A stretch of 63,010 bases of DNA, the filler included, from Ministeria vibrans ATCC 50519 (lineage: Eukaryota; Protista; Filasterea), in the NCBI GenBank assembly GCA_943704425.1. It is 10 parts of 10 records of this genome, joined end to end, with 100 filler letters (N's around TTAATTAATTAA, not from the genome) between each part and the next. Parts side by side here need not be neighbours in the genome. Positions count along the whole stretch, not along the records: positions 11,989 to 27,173 come from CALSCP010002213.1; positions 27,274 to 42,511 come from CALSCP010000717.1; 8 more parts are not named here. One strand, written 5' to 3'. Positions 13,207-28,417 of the stretch are shown piece by piece. How positions within the stretch are numbered: the first letter of the stretch is position 1; every line of letters starts with the position of its first letter. The notes below the pieces were generated by a model, which was given only the letters and a program-made list of their open reading frames with translations, did not search any database and was not told the origin of the DNA. Position numbers and translations under genes: made by a program.

Positions 13207-16200
13207 GTTATAACGTCTTATTATTAGTAAAAATTACTGTTGTTGCATTATTGCTATTTTTTGTACGATTGAAACTCTTGGTTTTCTCTCTTAGGACTTC
13301 TTCGACTTTGTCACCAGTCCCGAACGCGGTCTTTTCCACACTCTGGAGAGCGCTAATGACTCGTCCGACGAGGCTTTCGTCGAAGATGTGCTCCTTCTCG
13401 ACCAAGAAGAGTCAGTCACAACCACAAAATATTTCAATCGTTAAGAATAACCTTCCTTTCTCATTAATTATTTTGGTTTTTCAGGCACTTTGTGTGTGGC
13501 ATCCAAGTGGAAGGGGTTGAGTCGTGCGCACGTTCTTTCACCCTCCACCATCATCAGGGCGATGTCACCTACGACGCAACTGGCTTTGTCGCTAACAACC
13601 GCTCGCTCTCCGTCGCTCAGCCTCTCATCGAAGTGCTTCGCTCCTCGTCCAATCCGTTCCTCAGCGCTCAGCAACCCTCAATACCCTTCGCTTCTCCCCA
13701 ACATCTGCGCACTCGCTCTGCCTGTGAGCAGCTTACACGATTGTCCACTCAAATTGCAAAGGGTGCCGATGAGTGCTTCTTCATCACTTGTATCCGTCCG
13801 GCACGTCGCCCCGAAGAGTCTCGTCAGGCCGACGCGCGCTACATGCTCAACCAACTGCGCTTCAGTCGTATCGTTGCCGCTGCCTCCTTCTCCGCCTCGT
13901 CCTTCTCCGCCTCCTACTCACAACTGGCCCTCTACAAGAAGCAGTCGAAAAAGTCGGAAGAAAATCCCAGCGCCCAGAAACTTCACAAATTCTGTCATGT
14001 TCTCCTTGTAAGCTTTTTTTTTTTGCTGCATCAATTATTATTAATTTTTTTCTTTTTCTTTTCTTTTCATTGTGTGTAGACGACACTTCAAATGGAGCTC
14101 GGCAAAGACTTTGAACTGGTGACGGGTCAGGTGTATGTGCGCGCGTCTGGTACGCACGTGCTCGAGCGTCTCTTGAACCGCCGTCAGCCAGGCTCGTCGT
14201 TGCCTGCCTCGCCCGCTCGCCGTGCCTCTGCTGCTCCCATGAGCTCCATCACGGGCACTCCGCCTGCACCGCCTCCCTCGCGTGTCCGCGCTGGTCCGTC
14301 TCTCTCCCTTCCAGGCCTCGCCGCAAGCCAACCTGTCGATGGTGCGCCCAGTCCCTTCACACCCGTTGCCTCTATGTCACGCGAAGAGCTCCTTGCCTCC
14401 ATGAAAAAGTCCGCTCGCGCCGCTACCAACCCCGATGTTGATCTTGTACGCTCCAAAATATATTTTATAAGAACAACGTCTTCAACTATATTGTATATAT
14501 TTTTTTGTTTGTTTGTTTTAGTGGGACAACTCCACCGCCACCCCTACTCATTCGCAGTCGACAGCACAACGATCACGCAAGAGTGGCGACTCCGACTCAA
14601 AACGCGCTCGAGAAGAACGCATCGCTGCAGAACGATTGCATCAGGAATCACTCCGAATGGAGCGCTCTCGCATTGAGGTGCGCAACACACACACACACAC
14701 ACACTATGCATTTAGCGCACACACACACTAAGCACTAAGCACACACCCACACATGCATGCATACATACACACATACACACACACACACACTGATTACATT
14801 GTGTAGGCTTCTGGTGAGGATCGTGCACTCACAAGTGTCTCGGAGGTGACGCCCACACGCAAAACATCGCGCACTTCCATCACTTCCGATGCCCAGTCCT
14901 TGCGCACCCTTTCTGCTCTCTTTAGCGAACGACCAGGCCCTCCGCCACCGGCACCGCCTAGTCGAACGCCGCAGAAGAAAATTAGCACCAAGAGCAAGAT
15001 GACACGAACGCCTACGAAACTGTTTGCCATCAATGTCGACTCCTTCGACTCGCTTGATTCATCCAGTCCGAGTACGGCTCGTCCCCTCGACAGTGCTCCA
15101 CGTGACACCTTTCTGATGCACAAATCCGACCCAGTCGCTACTTTACCACGCGAACAGCTCTTCCGCAGCCCCTCTGGCTCGGCTCAGTCGCTCACCATGA
15201 CCACTCGTTCCCCCATCGCCTCCCCACCTCAAATCAACCGTCACCGCAGAGACTCTCGCGCTCCCACCGAGTCCGCTGCAGCCGCTTCCACCTCTATTGA
15301 TGATGATCTCATCATTGTGGAAGAGAAGCGGACGCTGTCAATGGACCCTGGTGAGCTCGAGACAACAGTCGCCGAGAAGGGTGACGCATCACCTGTCGCT
15401 CACGCACGTGCCGCTCCTTCATCAGCGTCCACTGGCAAGTTTGGTGGAAGCGGCCCAAACCTCAACGAGCTGGAACAGTCGTTTCAAGCGGCGAGTCGCA
15501 CCACATCACGTCTCATCGACAACGATACCAATTCGACCGAGGAGAAAATTCGTTTGTTGCGCCAGGAGCTGGAGAAGGAACGCGAAGAGCGACAGGCATC
15601 GCAGAAACACTCGTTTGTTCTCGAGTGGCAGCTGCAGTCGGAACGTGCTGCTCTCCAGCGCATCCAAGTGTTCGAACGTGGTCAGCGCAAACGCGATTCG
15701 GCCGCCAACTCGCTGCAGTCGTCGTCACAGGCACAACAAGTGATCGGTGGCGATGGTCCGCTCGCGTCGTCGCACGACACTGACAAGTTGCGCAGTCAGC
15801 TTGACGAAGCCGAACTTGCGCGAAATCAAATGGAACATCAAAGAGACGTGGCCATGCTGCAACGCGAAAAGTTACGCGAGACGCTGCAGGCAGAGTTGTT
15901 GGAAGAGCGCGAGCGCTCATCGGCCCTCACGCAACTCGTTCAGGAGATGCGTAATGCGCGAAATGCCTCACGAAGCATGAATGCCTCTGTGGCTTCACCC
16001 AATCCCACCGATGAGTCTCGTCTTGTCAAGGTCCGTGCCGCACTCGCGCGTCTTCGTCCACGTCGCCAAGTGACGGGCGACAAGGCTGAGCGTCGACGTC
16101 TTTGTGCTGGCTGCAAAATTGCACGACAACCTCTCCTTTACGCTGCCGAGCGAACCCACGAAGAGTGTCTCCTTGCACTGCTCAATATGAAGGAACCGCA

Positions 16201-18292
16201 GTTGGACCAGTCGGATCGCGAGGGCACGGCATTGCATCGTGTTGCGCGCTCCGGCTCGCAATTGCTCGCGCGCATGCTCATCGATGCACACGTGCCGCTC
16301 GGACATGTGGACAGCGAGGGGCGCACGGCGCTTCACACCGCCGCCATTGCAGGTCACGTTCACGTCTTGCGTGTCTTGCTCAAGACCGGTCCAAATCTTG
16401 AAGCACGCGACGGTGGCGGTCGCACCGCACTTGATTTGGCCGCAAACGCTCGACATGTGCCCTGCGTTGAAGTACTCGGTCGTGCGGGCGCGGACCTCAT
16501 GGGCGGAGGACTGGTCACGTCGCCGATCCACCGTGCGACCGAAATGGGCTCCTGTGCCGTCGTGCAGGCACTCATCAAGGCCGGTTGTAGTCCGGACGCC
16601 GAGGATCGCGACGGACTGCGTCCGCTCCATGTGGCCGCGCGTGCTGGACACGTGTCGCTTATTCGTCTCTTGGTAGACACCTTCCGTGTCAATGTGAATG
16701 TCAGCTCAGTCAAGGCGGGCACACCGCTGGTGGTGGCGGCGCGTGCGGGTCGTTACTGTGCACTTGAGGCACTTATTTCGCGTGGGGCCGATTGCGCTGC
16801 CACAGACCCAGCGGGTTTTACAGCGCTTCATTTTGTGTCGCAACAGGGTCGTGACGACTGCGTGCGTCTCATAGGTGTGCACGACACCAACATGGATCGT
16901 CAGATCGAGACGGCGGCGCAGACGGCGCTGCATCTTGCTGCCGCCGAGCAAAAGGCCAACACCGTGGAGCAACTTCTGCTGTTGGGTGCGTCGCCCAATG
17001 CGGTGGACGTGCGTCACAATACAGCATTGCACTACGCGGCCGTCAACGGCGACGTGGCCACCATCAAGGCCCTTGTTTCCAGCGATGTGGATGCGACGCT
17101 TCTCAACAGCTCGGGCGACGCCGCGGCCGACCTTGCCTACAAGGGTGATTTTGATGAGGCGGGTGCGCTGCTCGAGGCGGCCGAGCGACTGCGCGGCTAC
17201 GATCGACCGCGCAAGCTCAAGAAGAAGAAGAAGAAGGCGAAGAAGACGGTTTCGGGCGAAAAGGCGTCATCGTCATCGTCGAGCCGCAAGGGAAAACATG
17301 CGTTGACCAAGGACGTAAGCAACGTCAGCGAAGAGAGCGCAACCGCCAAGGGACGACGCCAGCAGGTCAAGGACATTGTCGACATGTTCGGCTCGATTGA
17401 CGGTCCCTTTGAAGCTGCCTCGGCGGCCATGGTGCCAGCGCCGACAGATCGCAAGCGCAAGAAGAAGGCCGGCACAGGCTCGTCGGTGGCACTTGCATCG
17501 GCCGTGGGCTCGGTCGGCACGCTGAGCGCCGAATCGACGGCGGGTCCTGCAGGTGCCTGGACCGAGGACGCAACGGCGCTCAAGCGACAAAAGGTGCGCA
17601 AGGCACCCGCTGGTGGTGCGGGTGGTGGTGGACGCCGTCGGTTTGCGCAAGGCAGCGATGCACCCGAGCTACTCGATGGGCCCGGCACGTTTTTGGCTGA
17701 CGAAGACGAGGCTGGTGCGAGCATGCCACGTCCGAAGCTTTCCAAACCAATGGCACGTGCTCCCGTGACTCTGGTCGAGCTGGATCATGAGCCAAGTATG
17801 GGAGTCGAGGTGAAGAAGAAGAAGAAGAAGAAAAAGGTGAAGGAGACACCAGTGTTGGAGAATGCCACGGCCGAGATTGCACGCGAGACGGTTCCATCCA
17901 CCACCGATTCGGCCATTGCACCATCGGCATCCGCATCCGCTTCCGGTCGAGCAACGCCTGACGTCGAGGAGGGAACGACGGCGATCCGCAAGAAGGCACG
18001 CAAAACGGCGGCGCGCACTTCCTCCAGTGTAAGTCAACAGAGCGGTGACAGCGGTGTTGTCGTGAAGGAGAAGAAGAGGCGAGTCGTGTCACGAGCTGCT
18101 ACGGACGCGACGGGTGCCAAGCCGCCGCGCACCAAGAAGCCTGTCAAGGCGTTGCCCTCCGCCACCACCAACGGTGTCAAGACAACTCTCAAGGCGGACC
18201 AATCGTTGACACCGCCCGGTTCACCCACCATGCTCAACACGACACTCTCGCTCACGTTCGCCAATGTGCTCAGTTGCATTGATTCCATGTAA
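12135..18292 (+). CDS. Divergent myosin motor domain fused to low-complexity region, coiled coil, ankyrin repeats and Lys-rich tail (5'-truncated)
   Basis: Myosin-like NSSR, GERCFHIFYYLV, AILHLGNVAF, RDALARHLYSSL, LDEAGFE..SFDQLCSNL, FTLHHHQGDVTYD and FITCIRP. Exons at about 14080-14446, 14522-14677 and 14808 onward splice in frame into ORF 14846..18292, which carries about 10 ankyrin repeats (GRTALHTAA, GLRPLHVAA, QTALHLAA, NTALHYAA). Confidence 0.8.
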
Positions 18293-18464
18293 ACTGAAAT
18301 TTGAAACATGATAATAAATAGAAATAGTAGTATCAATTTTTTCAATTTAAAATTTTAATGAGCAATAAGTATGGCTGCCTCATTCGGTTGGTTAAAATGT
18401 TTGCGTGTGACTTACACACCACACAACTCACAAGACGAGGAGAAAAAAAAAGAGAGAGTATTTC

Positions 18465-20410
<1,946 letters not shown>

Positions 20411-20532
20411 TACAAAAATAGCTTGAGTATTTCAAAATTAAAATAATCAAATTATTCAACGGGAGAATTACTCAAGAAAGTAAACGAAATGCACTCACGA
20501 TACACAATAAAATACAATCGGCCCACTGCCTA

Positions 20533-21590
20533 TCAGTCGTCCAACATTCCACTGACCTGCTCGTACACGGTGAACAGCACCGCACTGGCAGGAGCAGCGC
20601 GGAGAGCCGTCGGCGCAAAGCCCGCGTAAAATCCGCGTATGCCCTGCGTCTGCCAGATGGACCGGGCCACTTGCAGGAACCCGCGGTTTCCAATGCGCTC
20701 CACACTCACATCAGCCTGCATGCGGCTCTTGATCACGTCGAGCGGGAACGGGAAGAGCCAAAAGCAACAGCCGGCAAAGCCTCCGGCGATAATGTGCTGC
20801 ATTGGTCCCATCTCTTGACCCGCCGGCATGCCCATTCGCAGTCGCTCCTTTGCAACGTAGTAGGAGACGTACCAAATGGCATTGCCCGGCACCTCACGAA
20901 ACAATGTGGGTACAAAGCCGCGCGTGAACGCAAAGAGGCCATCGCGACGGGCAATCTTGATGGTCGCGTCCAAAGGTCCTTTGTACGGGCTGTTCAGTGC
21001 CTGTATTTGAGACTTGATAAAGTCTGTTGGGGTGAGCCAGAGCGAACAGAACAGACCCGCAATCGCGCCGCTGAGGGCCGACTCGGCCAGCGTCAGGACG
21101 TCGCGGGTGCGCTGGCCGTCGCTCAGCGATGCCTTGCGCTCCCCCGTCACCTGTAGATTCGCACCCGTGTTGTACCCGACAAACAGGATGGCATTCTCAA
21201 TGCTAGCACCAAACATGGGCACGCTCACACCGCGATAGAGACCCCTGCGCCAACGACAACGAACCACCAATGAAACCCATTTGAGCGACGACACTTGTTC
21301 CTTTTCAACACCCAAACCACTCCACACACAAAAACTCTCTGGGTGTCGCCGCCTACCGGAATCCTGCAGTGCTGTAAATAGCCCGCATCGTCTGTGACAC
21401 GGAGATGCCGCCTCCTTGCGACTGCATCACAACCTACGAGCAGACGAAAAGGGCGTGATCCACTTTGGGATGAGTTGCGCTCACAGAGATCACTGCGAGC
21501 GCACACCTTCAGCGTGTCCAGCGGATGGATCACAATCTTCTCGCATGCCCCAGCAACAGCTCCAGACGCAAAGTCCTTCCAGTCCATCAT
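20533..21590 (-). CDS. Mitochondrial carrier (SLC25; carnitine/ornithine/amino-acid carrier-like)
   Basis: Three PxDxxK motifs (HPLDTLKV, TPTDFIKS, FPLDVIKSRMQ), GLYRGV, REVPGNA and LRAAPA. Confidence 0.9.
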
Positions 21591-21774
21591 GTTGGCTGGC
21601 CAAGGAGAACTTGCTCACCACCAAAGGAAGAACGAATAAAAAAGTGAATAAGATTTAAGAGTTATTAATTTTTGATTATTAATTAAGAGTTATATTAATT
21701 TTTGATTATTTCAATTCTTAATTAATTCATTTTTTAAATTTTTGTTTTAATACTCTCTATTTTACCAATTCACA

Positions 21775-23827
21775 ATGGCTACAAGAAGGGTTAAAGTGCC
21801 GGATGGTCTGTCGCAGATTTTGGAACAGCTTACAACGGTAAGTTGAGTGTTGCTATGACGACTGATTCAAACACTGTCTCTTCCGAACGTCCCTGCCTGA
21901 TTCTCGCACATTCCCCCGGGTGATGGTGCTCTTGAGACTTGGGTTTACTAGTGACAGTTCAGCGTGCGGCAACATTCACGTTGACGTTGACTTGGGATCG
22001 CACTGTGTTTCTGTTGTAAATCATCAACGCTCATATACTCTCTCCTTCTCGACTTGCGCTCGCGCGTTGATTTCTAGTCGGTGCTTCGTGACCAGCCGGA
22101 AGACATCATTGGCTTTGCCAACGAGTACTTTCGAGCGCGCATCCAAGAGGAACAGCCCACCAAGTTTGATGCCATTTACTCGGGCGTCCAACCGCCCCGC
22201 TCTGCACCCCCCTCACCCGCTCCAAACAACCCTGCTTCGCCCTTTATCTTCCCAGGTAATTATAAGATGTATTATCATAAATGTTATATCTCTTATTCAT
22301 TATTCGAATTTCTTTATTATATTTTGTCTACATTTTGCATCCAAGATGTCAATCCACTTCAGACAACACTACAGAAACTTGAGACTCCGCCTTCGATCTC
22401 GAGTACGCATGGTAATGATCATGCTGATCATGATGCTCATAACCAGGGTACTGATCCTGGTCACGTGCACGCGGACGTCACTCCGGCCGCGTCGAATATG
22501 AATACGGCAGCAGCAACGACAACAGCTGCCGAGCCCGCACTATTACACACGAACGCGTTCCCTCGCGGAGCCCAACGTGGGCGTCGAGTGAGTGTTTCCG
22601 CCGAACCCATCACCTTCGATGGCTCTTTCTCTGCTCCAGTTCACCATAAGTCGGAAGACGCAAAGGTACAAAGTACTGCACTACTTAGCTATAATTTAGC
22701 TAAGCTATAGATACACAATATTAAACATTATAACTACAGTCGCGCATTCGGAGCATTTTGGAGCACATCTTTCTGTTCAAGTCGCTTTCAGGACCGCAAC
22801 GACAGACCATTATTGACGCAATGTTTGCGCGAGACGTGAGCGCAGACGAAGTGGTCATTCAACAGGTATTAATTATAACGTGTACGCGTGTCGCTGATCA
22901 TGAGAAGCGTGCGCGCGTCGTTTCTCTGATATTCATAAAAAATAATTATAATAATAATTATTTCATAATAATTCTCTTACTAGGGCGACGATGGAGACTA
23001 TTTCTACATAGTGGACAAGGGTCAATTTGATGTGTACGTACGCGATGCGAATGCGACGGGCAGCGCAGCGGACGCACCAGGCCCAAAGGTATTAAAATAT
23101 TATTATATTATAACTTATATTAAGTCATGTGGCGCACTATAAAAAAGTGTATTTCACGCGTCATATTGCTATCATCCATATAATTATATGATTGTATTAT
23201 GATTATTATTGTAACTTTTTTATTTAAAATAATTATTATTATGTATAGGTGAGCAGTGTGGGCGAAGGAGGCTCGTTTGGTGAGCTCGCGCTCATGTACA
23301 ATACCCCGCGCGCCGCTACGCTCATTGCGGCGCGTGCGTCTCTGCTGTGGGCCCTCGACCGCACGACCTTCCGTCAGATTGTGACAGTGGCCAGTGCCCG
23401 CAAGCGCGCCCTCTACGAGACCTTCCTGGCGCGCGTGCCTCTTCTCGACGCCATGGACCGCTACGAGCGCGCCAAGATTGCCGACGCTCTCGAGTCCGAG
23501 ATGTTCATGCCCGACGAGCCCATTGTGCGCCAGAGCGAGCCTGGCGACAAGTTCTACATTATCGAGGCGGGCGAAGTGGTCGTCACTATTACGGCCGACG
23601 ACACCACGCGCGAGGTCGGGCGTCTCCACAGCGGTGACTACTTTGGCGAGCTCGCGTTGCTCTCCTCGTCGGCCCGCGCCGCCACTGTTACCGCCGCTGA
23701 CATGGTTTCGTGTGCAGTGCTAGACCGCGACGCTTTTGAGCGACTGCTTGGCAGTGCAAAACAGATTATGGAGCGAAAAAAACATCAGTACGATGCTCAG
23801 CGCAACTCAGCCTTTTCCAACGAATAA
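21775..23827 (+). CDS. PRKAR: cAMP-dependent protein kinase regulatory subunit (type II-like), multi-exon
   Basis: D/D domain VPDGLSQILEQLT|SVLRDQPEDIIGFANEYF; inhibitor site RGRRVSVSAE; two cNMP-binding domains (FGELALMYNTPRAAT, FGELALLSSSARAATV). Confidence 0.95.
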
Positions 23828-24046
23828 TAAAGAGTTAGGACGATCAAGTCGGTGCGTTGCTGGGAAGTGCCACCGAGTATGGACTTTGGATATATATGAG
23901 AGTTCCTGATCAGCAATCCCTCTCTTTCCCCTGGGTCGGATGAACCCGTTTAACTTTGCCGATTTTTGCAGTCAACGTTAACTCTCAGTCACAACAGTCA
24001 CAACTCACAACTCACATTTATTTAGTCAAAAAAGGAAATTTCTTTC

Positions 24047-26333
24047 ATGTCTATCGCTTGTCGTCTGCTTGTCTGTCTCGCCCTCGTGGCTTCCGTCAGT
24101 GGACATGCGTTTGTGCACCCGCTGTCGGAAATCGGGCGCCATATGGTGGATCGTCGAGACACAGCAATTCACATTGACGCGTCAACGCACCTTCTGGAAA
24201 GCGTACGGCCGTACGCCCTCGCCTTGCCTCTAATACACACTCCTCGCCGCCTGTAGAGTGGCTCGTGGCTGACTGTGTCGTGGTCCGGCGTGAGCGACCC
24301 CTCTCCGTCCGACTGGTACGCCAAGCACACGCGTGAGCGCATCCCCTCCCCACTCACCCACCGTCGCCCACAGGATTGCAGTGTACAGTCCTGCCGTGCA
24401 CAATGCTCAAAACCTCACCTCGCCTGCCAAGTACCAGTGGGCCAACTACTCGGCAGCCCACATGGAGACGGGCTCAGGCTCGCTCCAGTTTCGTCTGGTC
24501 AACACTCGGTAGGATGAGTTAGAAAAAAAGCCAAATGGACCATCACCGTTTGCACACCCACAGTATCCCGCTCACAACTTTCCTAGCACCTCGTACTCGT
24601 TTGTTTTCTTCCGTAACGGACTGAAAAAGCCCGAATTTGCGGCGTCGAGCGAGGATGTAACGTTTCAGAACCCCAACGAAATTCTGCAGATGCACGTCTT
24701 TCTTGCGACGATGAAGGACAGCAAGGACGTCGCGGTTGGTGTTCAGTTCAACACCCGCGACGTGGGCAGCACTGTGGTGCAGTGGGGCACGTCGGCGAGC
24801 GAATTGTCGCGCAAGACAGAACCTGTCACGACGACGTACACTGCAGAAGAGATGTGCGGCTCGCCCGCCGCCGACTGGGGCTGGCTCGACCCTGGCCAGT
24901 TCCACACGGCCACGCTGGGGCCACTGGAGGCGAACACGCGGTACTATTATCGCGCCGGCGACGATGCGTTTGGCTGGAGCGACGTGCGATCGTTTCTGAC
25001 ACCCCCTGCCGTCGGCAGCGAAGCCCCCTTCAACTTTATTGCGTATGGCGACCTTGGGTTCGGACAGCAAGACGGCAGTCTGCAGCACTGGGGCGAACAG
25101 CCATCGTTGAATACGACAGACATGATCGGGGCGCGGCTCGAGCCCGACGACATCCATTTGGTGCTGCACATTGGCGACATCTCGTACGCCGTTGGCTACA
25201 TGGTGCAGTGGGACGAGTTCCAGAACCAGATCACCGACATTGCGTCGCGCACTATCTACATGACTTGCGAAGGGTATTGATTTTTGCCACCTCCACCACC
25301 ACAGTCACGATGGTTGTCGCTGACACTTCGTCACACTGTGACACTCTGACACACGTGTGTGACACACTGTCACACCCACTCTACGCGCACACATCCCTCA
25401 TTCATACATTCATACATACAAACACACACACGAAGCGCACACATCCATCGATACATACGTACATACGTACATACACACACACACACACATACTATGCGCA
25501 CACATTCATCCATACATACGTACAAATACACACAAGGCACACACACTAAACAGAAACTGTGTAGCAACCACGAGCGCGACTGGCTCACCAATTCGTTCTT
25601 TGAGAACACCGACTCGGGCGGCGAGTGCGGCATTCCGTACTACCGTCGCTTCCCGATGCCACGCAAGAGCGACACGACACCGTACTACAGCTTCGACTAT
25701 GGTCTGGTGCACTTTGTCGTCTTCTCCACCGAGCACAACTTCACTGTGGGCTCCCCCCAGCACCTGTGGGTCGAGGAGGACTTGCGCTCTGTCGATCGCA
25801 CTCGTACCCCTTGGCTTATTGTCACCGGTCACAGACCTGCCTATGTCGACAGGTGAGAAAGCCCGCGGTCACTCCACATACACACACACACACACCGCTC
25901 ACACTCACTCTGATCCTACTGCATCTCCGCTCTGTTTTTAACTAGCTCATACACTGGCCCTGACCCGTCCGCTGATCAACCCGTTGCCAAGCTCCTGCGC
26001 GAGTCATTTGAGGACCTGTGGCAGGAGCACGGCGTCGACCTGCTGCTGTGGGGCCACAACCACTCCTACCAGCGCACCTGCCCTGTCTACCGCGAAACCT
26101 GCCGCGACAACCTGCCGTCAGGAAAGGCCACAGCGCCCGTTCATCTTGTTATCGGCATGGCAGGCGCCATCCTCACCGACACCCTCGTCCACCCAGCGCC
26201 CCAATGGATCGAGTATGTCAATGCTCACGAATTCGGTTTCACTCAGTTCGCCGTCTCGCCCAACGAGCTCTCCGTCCAGTTTATCGGCAACACCGACGGC
26301 CTCGTGCGCGACTCCTTCAAGCTTGTCAGATAG
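24047..26333 (+). CDS. Secreted purple acid phosphatase (metallophosphoesterase with FN3-like N-domain), multi-exon
   Basis: Signal peptide; WGWLDPGQFH; YGDLG; HIGDISYA; NHERD; DSGGECG; GHRPAY; WGHNHSYQR. Stop TAG at 26331-26333. Confidence 0.92.
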
Positions 26334-26437
26334 AGAATAATATGATATCGAATAATAAAAAGGTTACGATAACAAAAAAATTTAATGACCTACAAGACAG
26401 TCGAAAATCAGTTTCAATATTACATTGCGTGGGGCGC

Positions 26438-26852
26438 TCAGAAGCGAACAACGCGCGGCGTCTTCTTGACCGGCAACGGAGGCTTCCTTGTCGCCGCGGT
26501 CGCACTCTTGTCGCCGTCAAGCTGCGGCTCTATCTCCTACATGCGACACAATGAGACGCGCGGCACAGGGGCATCTGCGTCGTACCGGCAAGGCAATGGC
26601 CTTGGGCCTCGCCTGCCCCTCTCCCTCCGTCTGCCCCTTCTTCTTCGACTTCTTCTTCTCTCGCGCCTTCTCCATCTCCTCTTCTTGCTGCTGCGCCTCC
26701 TCTCGCTTGCGCTTGCGTCTCTCTTCCTTTCGCTCGCGCCGACTCTGTTCCTCCGCCGTTTTCACTGGTGCTTGTCTACTGGCCCCAACTTGCTGCGCCC
26801 ATGGAGTCGCATCCAAGTACTGCACCTTTGTTACGTCTGTCACGCGAGTCAT
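26438..26852 (-). CDS. Small basic protein resembling ZCCHC9 termini but lacking zinc knuckles; one intron
   Basis: MTRVTDVTKVQYLDATPW...RRERKEERRKRKRE. A GT-AG intron at about 26584-26537 gives the C-terminus EIEPQLDGDKSATAATRKPPLPVKKTPRVVRF*. Confidence 0.55.
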
Positions 26853-26979
26853 AAACGATATATTTTTGATTATTTGTGAAGATAGAAGAATGAGATTCGG
26901 TCAGACTTTCCTTTCCGGAATGGTTAATCGTTTTTACTCTTTACTCTTTTCTCTACCCTTCCTCAAAGCTTCTCTCACC

Positions 26980-27096
26980 ATGGCGATGTCAGCGGTGTTT
27001 GTGATGGACCTGAAGGGCAAGGTCTTGATCAGCCGGAACTACCGTGGAGACATCCCAATGACAATCGCTGAGAAGTTCCTGCCACTCGTCGTCGAG
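26980..27096 (+). CDS. AP1M1: AP-1 adaptor complex mu subunit, first exon (3'-truncated by contig end)
   Basis: MAMSAVFVMDLKGKVLISRNYRGDIPMTIAEKFLPL is the conserved AP-1 mu N-terminus. Confidence 0.9.
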
Positions 27097-27273
27097 GTAC
27101 ACTTCCGCCTCCCCCGCGCTGCTGCATCACAGAGTGTGGAAGACCATGTACGCCCCGACGTGCCACATCCTGANNNNNNNNNNNNNNNNNNNNNNNNNNN
27201 NNNNNNNNNNNNNNNNNTTAATTAATTAANNNNNNNNNNNNNNNNNNNNNNNNNNNNNNNNNNNNNNNNNNNN

Positions 27274-27328
<55 letters not shown>

Positions 27329-27380
27329 GACGACTGTCATATGAAAAACTTTTTTGTGGTTCAAAAAATGAGTGTGAAAC

Positions 27381-27802
27381 CTCTCTGAGATCGGATGTGC
27401 CGTGAAAGACGGTGTGGGAGGAGAGATCGGCGGGGGCTCGGTGGCGCACAATGGTCGAGAGGATGTCCTGGGCGGGAGGGGCGGCGGTCGGGAGCAGGTT
27501 GCGTTGGGTGACGAAGCGCAGACGCAACTGGTCGATGCTGGTGCGTCGCCCGCTCATGGCGCGCGGCACATAGCCTCCGACGGCAATGTTCCTGCGGTGT
27601 GGGCGCACGAGGAACGCCGGAATTTGAGTGTGAGAGAGATGAAAAGGGGTTTTTTCGGACGAGAGTCGTTTTACCCAAAGGGCTGTAAGAGCTCACAGAG
27701 AGTGAGACCGCCGCGCGCACACGCTGCATCGGCGTCCTCGCTTGCACATACGAGCACGGTGGGGCCGCACGCGCTCAACACGGCCTCGCGCGCCTTGTCC
27801 AT
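27381..27802 (-). CDS. TRAPPC8: TRAPP III subunit 8 (Trs85), N-terminal exons (3'-truncated)
   Basis: MDKAREAVLSACGPTVLVCASEDADAACARGGLTLCELLQPFG|NIAVG...SIDQLRLRFV matches the recalled TRAPPC8 N-terminal pattern (P.V...S.DA......L...ELL.PF). Confidence 0.7.
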
Positions 27803-28075
27803 GGTCAGTGAGTGTGTCGGTGTCGGTCAAAGCGACTGAGACGATCAAATTTAGTGACTAAAATACTAATATTGAGTAGTACAACAACTAGTAGTGTTCA
27901 CCGTCTCAAGCTGCGAACGCCAAACAAGCCCATCTAGGGTTGAAGTTTTAATCTAGATGGTAATTTACCAACGGTGCAGCTTGATCCATGATGGATTGAC
28001 ACTTTAACTCAACGATCAATTTGAGTATTTTCAATTCTTTGAAACACATTTTTTCAGTGCAAAATTGTTACAAAA

Positions 28076-28385
28076 ATGGCGCAAGTTTTGATCCTTGATC
28101 CCCCGAGCGAGCTGCACTTCCGACGTATGCATTCAGTCTATGGCTTCCTATTTTTTCTTTTCTTTTCTCTTTCGACTTTGCGATATGTCTTTATAATAAT
28201 AATAATATGATATGATATGGAAAGGGTTTTCTTTCGCGTTTGATTTGCGCTTTGTGCCACGTCAGTAGGCGACGCCGCCTCCTCCACACGTGCTAGCAGT
28301 GTTGTGTTAACACAACCGACGCGACGCACGGCGTGTGAGTGTGGCAGATATGTTTTATATGTCGATGAAAACTCAAACGAATGAG

Positions 28386-28417
<32 letters not shown>

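Noticed and set aside
17197-18092. Long antisense and overlapping ORFs opposite GC-rich exons throughout the window
   Set aside because: Shadow ORFs caused by high-GC codon usage, with no recognisable domains.
27926-27942. GCCCA plus TAGGGTT (site II/telo-box-like) in the TRAPPC8/VAP promoter
   Set aside because: A single short occurrence with no telomeric array; insufficient evidence.
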